The translations under genes and the position numbers were made by a program. From Candidatus Micrarchaeota archaeon (GTDB taxonomy: Archaea; Micrarchaeota; Micrarchaeia; Anstonellales; Bilamarchaeaceae), in NCBI GenBank assembly GCA_018813505.1, contig JAHJBM010000069.1, forward strand, positions 1 to 53,227: a DNA stretch of 53,227 bases. Direction: 5' to 3'. The notes below the pieces were generated by a model. The model was not told the origin of the DNA. It did not search any database and worked only from the letters and a program-made list of their open reading frames with translations. Shown in pieces: positions 47,059-53,227 of this stretch (the stretch's first letter is position 1; every line of letters starts with the position of its first letter).

Positions 47059-47451
47059 ATGAATGTGAAAGGTCAGCTTAGTATTGAATATCTTCTGGTA
47101 TCTACAGTTGCGATCCTTCTTATTTTGGTATCGCTTGCTGCGCTTATAGGGGTAAAGGATTATTCTGATAGTGCTATGAAAGTACATACACTCAAATCTT
47201 CTGCTATCTCATTAAATACTGCGATAAACGAAGTTTGCGCTCTTGGCAACGGTAATGGGAGGGTGATCCAACTCACGACCAATCTTTCCATAGATTGTGA
47301 ATATGCTGATGAAGAATGGGTCGTTTCTTTTTATGATCCTGAAAATTCAATTATCCATTCTAGTCATTGTGAAGTAAAAACAGCAAAAAACTTAAACGGG
47401 CTAGTCTATATTCAGAATGAAAAGGGAATAATAAAAATTACTGAGAGGTAG
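47059..47451 (+). CDS. Class III signal peptide (archaeal type IV pilin-like) protein
   Basis: KGQLSIEYLL followed by a hydrophobic helix. Confidence 0.85.
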   Translation: MNVKGQLSIEYLLVSTVAILLILVSLAALIGVKDYSDSAMKVHTLKSSAISLNTAINEVCALGNGNGRVIQLTTNLSIDCEYADEEWVVSFYDPENSIIHSSHCEVKTAKNLNGLVYIQNEKGIIKITER

Positions 47452-47477
47452 GTCATTTTTGGGAATTTTCCTGCCAA

Positions 47478-47762
47478 TTAGACTACTGTGATTTTTCCGA
47501 ATTTACCAAGCGTAAGCTGCGGAGTTCCTTGCCATTCGTTTACATAACCGTTTTCTATTTTTACCTTATCCCCTTCTTTTACCTGATCTATAGTATCGTT
47601 CCATAGTGTGAGTGTTATGGATCCGCTGTCATCCTTTACGGTGACATTTGCAACTCTTAATTTTCTTCCGTATTTGTTTATCTCACGTGTTGCTTCAACC
47701 GAGGCTATTTCAGCTTCAAGATTTACACTTCCAGTACCAACTTTCAATTCACTAATTTTCAT
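47478..47762 (-). CDS. ssb: Single-OB-fold ssDNA-binding protein (SSB/RPA-like)
   Basis: MKISELK...DDSGSITLTLWND...GDKVKIENGYVNEWQGTPQLTLGKFG. Confidence 0.9.
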   Translation of the reverse strand: MKISELKVGTGSVNLEAEIASVEATREINKYGRKLRVANVTVKDDSGSITLTLWNDTIDQVKEGDKVKIENGYVNEWQGTPQLTLGKFGKITVV

Positions 47763-47846
47763 TTTATACATCTCCAAATCTTATAATTTTTGATGGTTCC
47801 GAAACACGGAACTCATCAGGACCCGAAATGCGGGCATAAATAAAAA

Positions 47847-48095
47847 AGCCTCCGGAGGGAAAAACAGCGTTCCGAGTTTCCCGTTCCGAGTTTTGATGTG
47901 GTTTAACAAAACTGGAAACCCGAGACCGAAAACGCTTTTGAACCCCCAACTTCCTCCTATCCAGTTCTATGTCTTGGGTCTCGAAATTCGGAACCCTAAA
48001 CAGGAAACTACAAGAGAGGCACTCTGCCGTTACTCGTCTTTTTAGCAAACCTGTTTTGGGTGTGCTTTACAAAAAGTACATTGAGTTACGGAGGC
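47847..48095 (-). tRNA. tRNA-Thr(TGT) with three introns: 15/16 (48030-48080, 51 nt), 37/38 (47959-48008, 50 nt) and 59/60 (47861-47936, 76 nt)
   Basis: Spliced sequence: GCCTCCG TA ACTC AACGGCA GAGT G CCTCT CTTGTAA GGAGG AAGTT GGGGG TTCAAAT CCCTC CGGAGGC T. U73 and A15:U48. ACTC/GAGT central helix at 15/16. TTTAAAAA box about 30 nt upstream. Confidence 0.9.
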
Positions 48096-48163
48096 ATTTA
48101 TTTCTTTTATATAGAATCGCATGTTTTTTAAATGTAAATCTTGTTACTATTATTGGTGTTATA

Positions 48164-49090
48164 ATGCGATTGAACCTCATTTTTGTATTTTTGATGCTTT
48201 TTGTTGGCTTTATTTTTGCATACAATTATCTGGGTCAACATAATTCTAAAACGGCAATTATCAAATGGAGTCCCTCGTCTGACTCCGAACTGGCACTTAA
48301 GGGGAATCAGAATGGCCATGGTATCAATCAAACAAACGATTCGGGTGGTTCGGGTGTTGGAGTAGGGCCTGGAACTGATGTGGATATTGAAAGCGAAACA
48401 GAGCATGGGATGGGTGTCGGGTCAGATAATAAATCTAACGAAGAAATAGAAAATGGAACTGGGCATGGGAACTCTCCTCAAGAAGACCATGGAAATAACG
48501 GTGAAAACTCAAATAACAACTCAAACGGATCTGCGCTTTCAATTCAAAACCAAAACAATGGAGTATCTGATCAAATCCATATAATGGTGCAACAAAAACA
48601 GAATGGGTCTCTTGACGTTCCCCAGGGGATGATAGTACGGATAATAGCCAGAAACCACTCTCTTGATATTGGGAACTTGAGCTTCCAGTTAAACGAATCG
48701 CTTCAGCTTAACTTTTCATTGCACGGGAAGAAAAATTCGATTGTAATAGAACTTGCTGGAAATGGCGTTGGGATACATCAAGGTAATGCAAGTGCATATA
48801 CAAACGAGACAATCGAAATCGAGAATGAAACGATTTATGTTGGCGGTAGTGAGCTTGTTTTTTTACCATCGCAGATAAAAGAAATGGTCAAGGCCAAGAG
48901 TACCAACATGATCACTGTCCAGCATGAGAACAATCGACTTGTTTATCGTTTTATGGCCCGAAGGGAAGTGAGGCTTTTTGGCATATTTAATGCTGACATG
49001 GAAACTACTATGGCTATGGATGCAACTAATGGTGAAGTGCTTGAACAAAGAGGGCCGTGGTGGGCATTCCTTGCATTTGATTCAGAGTAG
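48164..49090 (+). CDS. Secreted hypothetical protein with a Gly/Asn-rich linker and PepSY-like C-terminus
   Basis: Signal peptide from MRLNLIF; ends LFGIF...MDATNGEVLEQRGPWWAFL. The track start at 47969 overlaps tRNA-Thr and was trimmed. Confidence 0.75.
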   Translation: MRLNLIFVFLMLFVGFIFAYNYLGQHNSKTAIIKWSPSSDSELALKGNQNGHGINQTNDSGGSGVGVGPGTDVDIESETEHGMGVGSDNKSNEEIENGTGHGNSPQEDHGNNGENSNNNSNGSALSIQNQNNGVSDQIHIMVQQKQNGSLDVPQGMIVRIIARNHSLDIGNLSFQLNESLQLNFSLHGKKNSIVIELAGNGVGIHQGNASAYTNETIEIENETIYVGGSELVFLPSQIKEMVKAKSTNMITVQHENNRLVYRFMARREVRLFGIFNADMETTMAMDATNGEVLEQRGPWWAFLAFDSE

Positions 49091-49150
49091 CTTATACTTC
49101 TAAATATCTTCCTTCCCTATTTACCATTAAATGATGCAGAGGTCACGCTT

Positions 49151-50212
49151 ATGGATATTGAAACAAAAATCGAACTTGTAAAGCGAAAACCTACGGAAGA
49201 AGTTGTTACTGACGAAGGACTAAAAGAGATGTTTGAGAATTACGAACACCCCCGTCATTATATCGGATTCGAGATATCCGGTAAAGTTCATATCGGTTCA
49301 GGTTTATGCACAGCACTCAAAATCCGGGATTTTATCAAGGCAGGAATCAAACCGACAATTTTTCTTGCAGATTATCATTCATGGATAAATGAAAAAATGG
49401 GTGGTGATCTTGAGAATATCCGGAAGATCGGAAACGGCTATTTCAAGCATGCTTTCATTTCTCTTGGACTTACTGAAGACAAGGTTGATTATGTACTTGC
49501 TAGTGACGTTTATGATAAGGATTATTGGCCAGAAGTTCTCAAAGTTGTAAAAGACACAACTATCAAGCGTATGCTTCGCTGTGTTACAATTATGGGTCGC
49601 AAAGAATCTGATTCACTAAAATCTTCTGCGATTCTTTATCCTGCAATGCAGGCGGCAGATATCTTCAAGCTTGATATCCAGCTTGCACATGCTGGAATGG
49701 ATCAAAGAAAAGTACACATGCTCGCATGGGAAGCGGCAAGAAAGCAGGGCAGGAAATTCGTTTCAGTTCATGGTCATTTGCTTCCTGGTCTTCAAGGCGT
49801 CCAGCGAATGAACCCTACTGAAGATGAGGCGATCGATGCAAAAATGAGCAAAAGCATTCCAGACAGCGCAATTTTCATACATGATAGCGAGGCTGACATA
49901 AAAAGAAAAATAAACAAGGCACACTGCCCTGAGAAAATTGTTGAGGGTAATCCTGTAATCGAGTACGCAGAATATCTAGTTTTAAGAGATCAGCCATTAA
50001 AGATTGAAAGACCAGAAAAATTCGGCGGAGATTTAGAAATTCAGAATACAGAAGAATTAAAGAAAGTTTATTCTGAAGGAAAACTTCATCCAGCTGATTT
50101 GAAGAATGGGGTTGCTACAATGCTTGCAGAAATCTTGGCACCCTCAAGAAAATATTTTGAGAAGAACAAACATTACCTTGAGGATATTGAAAAGGCTACG
50201 ATTACCCGTTAG
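49151..50212 (+). CDS. tyrS: Tyrosyl-tRNA synthetase (archaeal type)
   Basis: YIGFEISGKVHIGS (HIGH-like), YPAMQAAD, GMDQRK, KMSKS and LHPADLK motifs. Confidence 0.97.
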   Translation: MDIETKIELVKRKPTEEVVTDEGLKEMFENYEHPRHYIGFEISGKVHIGSGLCTALKIRDFIKAGIKPTIFLADYHSWINEKMGGDLENIRKIGNGYFKHAFISLGLTEDKVDYVLASDVYDKDYWPEVLKVVKDTTIKRMLRCVTIMGRKESDSLKSSAILYPAMQAADIFKLDIQLAHAGMDQRKVHMLAWEAARKQGRKFVSVHGHLLPGLQGVQRMNPTEDEAIDAKMSKSIPDSAIFIHDSEADIKRKINKAHCPEKIVEGNPVIEYAEYLVLRDQPLKIERPEKFGGDLEIQNTEELKKVYSEGKLHPADLKNGVATMLAEILAPSRKYFEKNKHYLEDIEKATITR

Positions 50213-50219
50213 TTTGATG

Positions 50220-51029
50220 TTATCGTAACACTTTCTTCATAGCTCTTCTTTGTTCATTTTGCGTAGGTTGCCGTTCTCTAAATGTTGTTATGTTTATTTT
50301 TAATGGTCCAGCTGCAATCTCTTCAACTACTGGAACTAAACTTTTTGTGCCAGTTGTCGTGAGCATATCTAATCTCATTTTTGCCAGTTGCCTTGTTTTT
50401 TCGCTGAATATATCACCCTCTGCCAGGTATTCAATCACTGCAGCAAAATTATGTTGTACTAAAAGATCCATCATATCCTCTAGGAATTTTTCACTTAGCT
50501 TACTCATTCCCCCATTCATTTGTAGGTTTGAAAATCCTAAAAAATTTAAAATGAACCTAATTCTATCTTCTGTTGGTCCTTTCTCCATTAATTTTGAAAC
50601 TTCTCTTAGCAAGTTATCTTCATTCCTATGTACATCATTTTCTGTTTCACAAGACAGTAATGCAAAAAGAATGTGGCCATTATCAGCAAATTTACTGATT
50701 GCCATATCTATTATTTTGTTTGTCAGTCTCGTTTCTGAACGTCTCCTTGATTTACCGATAACCCCCATGACTATCATAGGATATGTCCCTGTACTTTCCT
50801 CCATTATTCTCACTAACGTTGTCTCGTGTAATTCAGGAATTCTAAGTATTGCGTGTACTAAATCTGATCCTGTTTTTCTATCTTCCTCTCGTGCTGTTTT
50901 TATTGCAGCAATTATCTCTCGTTCTCCTTCATCTATTGAAACTAAGTATAATGCTCTTAATTTCTCTGCTCTCGCTAGTTCTTCAGGGTGTATTGATACC
51001 TCTCTTGGGTCTATTGGTATTTTGCTCAT
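50220..51029 (-). CDS. Hypothetical helical protein
   Basis: 269-aa ORF with normal charged composition; the + strand 252-aa ORF is its antisense shadow. Confidence 0.7.
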   Translation of the reverse strand: MSKIPIDPREVSIHPEELARAEKLRALYLVSIDEGEREIIAAIKTAREEDRKTGSDLVHAILRIPELHETTLVRIMEESTGTYPMIVMGVIGKSRRRSETRLTNKIIDMAISKFADNGHILFALLSCETENDVHRNEDNLLREVSKLMEKGPTEDRIRFILNFLGFSNLQMNGGMSKLSEKFLEDMMDLLVQHNFAAVIEYLAEGDIFSEKTRQLAKMRLDMLTTTGTKSLVPVVEEIAAGPLKINITTFRERQPTQNEQRRAMKKVLR

Positions 51030-51066
51030 GGTTGTTATCTGTGTTTGAATATGTTTATAATGTTAT

Positions 51067-51786
51067 CTATTTTGGATATCTTTTAATCAATTCTTCAAGC
51101 AAACTAACGACATCCTTTTTTCTTTTTTCCAATGCTTCAAAAACCTCTTCCTGGGTTAACTGCTTTTTTGAAATCCCGCATGCATAATTGGTTCCAACTG
51201 CAATTGCAATTTGCGGAATCCCAAGTTCGTGAATTAGTGGTGTCTCATGTCCACATGTCATATTCACCAAATTCGCGTTCATATTCTTTAGTGCAGAAAT
51301 TTCTGCCTTGGTTTCAAATCTCGGGCCAAAAGTTGTTGCGATTATTCCTTTTTTCTTAATTTCAATTCCTTTCTGCTTAGCAACATCAACTAGTGTTGTC
51401 TGTAATTTTTTATCAAATGGTTCAGTGAAATCCGTATGTTTTACTCCAGATGAAAAATCATCATAAAACGTGCTAGGCATCCAGAAATTTATGAAATCAT
51501 CAACTATGATCAAATCGCCTGGTTCATAATCGGAAATAATTCCGCTTGCATATACACAAAAAACTGATGAAACATTCATTTTTTTCAATGCAGCAATATT
51601 TGCTTTGTAATTTATTTTGTGCGGCGGGATGGCGTGTTTTTCTCCATGCCTTGGAAGGAAAAGAAGTTTTTTTCCATTCAATTCTACTTCGTGCAATACT
51701 ACTGTTCCATACTGTGTTTCAATTGTATGTTCGCAAATCTTTTTTCCTAAATTGTAAAATCCACTTCCTCCTATGAATGCAAGCAT
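51067..51786 (-). CDS. MTAP-family purine nucleoside phosphorylase (probably 6-oxopurine/MTI type)
   Basis: IGGSG, LPRHG..H.IPPHKINY, GPRFETKAEI and VNMT motifs. TNYA in place of TDYD suggests 6-oxopurine preference. Confidence 0.88.
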   Translation of the reverse strand: MLAFIGGSGFYNLGKKICEHTIETQYGTVVLHEVELNGKKLLFLPRHGEKHAIPPHKINYKANIAALKKMNVSSVFCVYASGIISDYEPGDLIIVDDFINFWMPSTFYDDFSSGVKHTDFTEPFDKKLQTTLVDVAKQKGIEIKKKGIIATTFGPRFETKAEISALKNMNANLVNMTCGHETPLIHELGIPQIAIAVGTNYACGISKKQLTQEEVFEALEKRKKDVVSLLEELIKRYPK

Positions 51787-51794
51787 TTCACCAC

Positions 51795-53227
51795 CTATTT
51801 AATTTCATCGGTTCTATAGTAAAGTCTTCTCTTGTCTCTAGCATATCCATCTCCTACCACTTCAAAACTGCTCTTATCTGCCCGTTGCACAGTATAGCCA
51901 CAATAACGGACCTCGTTTTTATCTTTTAGGTATCCGTCTTTTAGTATTTTAAGTGATTTTATATCCATATCATCTATCGAAGATGCGTTAAAGTAGAATC
52001 GTTTGTCATCATGACCGCATGCTGGTTGTCTTATATCTTTGGTAAGTACGACAAATCTCTTTGGGTTGGCATTTTTAACTACTTTTCCATTCCAGAACAA
52101 AATCTCTCCATCGGTTGCATAACCATGTTCAAGCACTTTGAAATTTTTAATATTTACATTCTCAATTTTATTATGTCTATTCTCGTACTCCAGGGAATCT
52201 ATATAGTATATGTTCTTCCCATCAGTATAATATTTGTCTTTCAAAGACTTCAGATAAATATCTCCATATTTAACATCTGAAACTGTTCTTTTAGGATTTG
52301 GATATACTATGGCAAGTCTTAGTAAATTTATATCATATGTGTATTTTTTATCTTTGACTTTAAGTCCCGTCGTTTTGACTGTTGTTACATCTACGTCTGT
52401 CATCGGTACAAATCTGTCATAGGATAAATAGTACAAATGTTTTTCATCGACCGCAAAATCATCAGCTATCATTTTTAATGTGCCAACATCAATTTTTTTA
52501 TTTCGGTAAACTTTAGCATTACAAAAAATTTGATTTTTATCTTTGATAAATTGCGGGTATGTATATCGTTTAAGTGGTTGTGCTGTGTTGACATCTATGT
52601 TCTTTACTATTTCGTTACCGCAGAAAACTTGGTTTTTGTCTTTAGCATATCCATAACCCAAAACTTTGAATGTTTTGGAATTCGCTTTCATTAACCACTT
52701 ACCTTCATAAAATACGTGATTTAAATCTTTGGAATATTCTTTATCTAACACTTCAAATGTTTTAACATCTGCTTTTTTTATCTCTCGTATGCTACCATAA
52801 TCAGGGCTATAAACATACCAAGCTCTCTTTTTGTCTTTAAAATAACGTCCTTCAACACGTTTGAAAGTTTTTGGATCGGCATCTTCCAGGTGTCCATTTG
52901 CAAATAACATTGCGGAAGTTGTACAAAGTTTGCTGTTTGTACTACCTAAATAAGCACCTGGCACACTTGCAGAATATGCATATATTCCGTCACTGTCTTT
53001 CAATAGGTATGCAATGTGGTTAAATTTTCCGTATTCTTCTTCAGACTGATTAGAATAGATGATTTCACAAGTTTTTGGATCTATCTTGTCTAATTTTAAA
53101 CCACACAAATAAATATTTTTTCCATCTTCTGCCAATCCGTTACTCACTATATTAAGTTTTGTTTTAGTAGTTTGAGATTCATTCTTTTCAAACCACCAAT
53201 AATTCTTTAGTTCTGGATGCCTTTGGA
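51795..53227 (-). CDS. DKNYY-repeat protein, 5' end beyond the window
   Basis: Many ADPKTF(K/E)VL...Y(A/S)KDKNxV(F/Y) repeats. The frame stays open from GTG 53147 to the window end. Confidence 0.88.
   Translation of the reverse strand, partial: QRHPELKNYWWFEKNESQTTKTKLNIVSNGLAEDGKNIYLCGLKLDKIDPKTCEIIYSNQSEEEYGKFNHIAYLLKDSDGIYAYSASVPGAYLGSTNSKLCTTSAMLFANGHLEDADPKTFKRVEGRYFKDKKRAWYVYSPDYGSIREIKKADVKTFEVLDKEYSKDLNHVFYEGKWLMKANSKTFKVLGYGYAKDKNQVFCGNEIVKNIDVNTAQPLKRYTYPQFIKDKNQIFCNAKVYRNKKIDVGTLKMIADDFAVDEKHLYYLSYDRFVPMTDVDVTTVKTTGLKVKDKKYTYDINLLRLAIVYPNPKRTVSDVKYGDIYLKSLKDKYYTDGKNIYYIDSLEYENRHNKIENVNIKNFKVLEHGYATDGEILFWNGKVVKNANPKRFVVLTKDIRQPACGHDDKRFYFNASSIDDMDIKSLKILKDGYLKDKNEVRYCGYTVQRADKSSFEVVGDGYARDKRRLYYRTDEIK

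Noticed and set aside
9762-48095. Split or permuted tRNAs, or att-site duplications of tRNA 3' ends
   Set aside because: All exons are collinear on one strand. No duplicated tRNA 3' fragment or integrase was seen.
47764-48163. ORF 47764-48048 and the 65-aa N-terminal extension of ORF 47969-49090
   Set aside because: They overlap tRNA-Thr and its promoter. A clean signal peptide starts at ATG 48164.
51795-53227. Repetitive protein as a DGR target or novel repeat system
   Set aside because: Ordinary DKNYY protein repeats that are degenerate at DNA level. No reverse transcriptase or TR/VR pair was seen.

Overview
Archaeal chromosomal window, low GC, DPANN-like and most consistent with Micrarchaeota (inference from gene content and heavily intron-disrupted tRNAs). 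Housekeeping genes: rsmA, grpE-dnaK-(extra J-domain gene)-dnaJ, purH, a RecJ-like DHH nuclease, proS, MscS, an HhH-GPD glycosylase, an NTPase, RNase Z, a 981-aa S-layer protein, the conserved GINS-rpl44e-rps27e-aIF2alpha-nop10-PAC2 cluster, SSB, tyrS and a purine nucleoside phosphorylase, interleaved with many orphan ORFs. The main signal is non-coding and hidden under spurious ORFs. Five tRNA genes (Asp-GTC, Tyr-GTA, Gln-TTG, Val-CAC, Thr-TGT) were reconstructed by hand. All five carry introns at both 15/16 and 37/38, and three have a third T-loop intron (13 introns in total). The tRNA-Gln gene spans 428 nt, with a 200-nt T-loop intron built from regularly spaced (about 28-31 nt) 8-10 bp hairpins. 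The introns share modules with each other and with intergenic DNA: a T5/A5 hairpin with a CAAAAA tail, 7-nt-periodic arms, and ATTGAA...TTCAAT or TCGA-N4-TCGA tetraloop hairpins, including an apparent nested insertion. This suggests a family of small palindromic elements that uses tRNA introns as landing pads. No CRISPR array, cas gene, transposase or integrase is visible. All calls were made by eye; no database searches were run.
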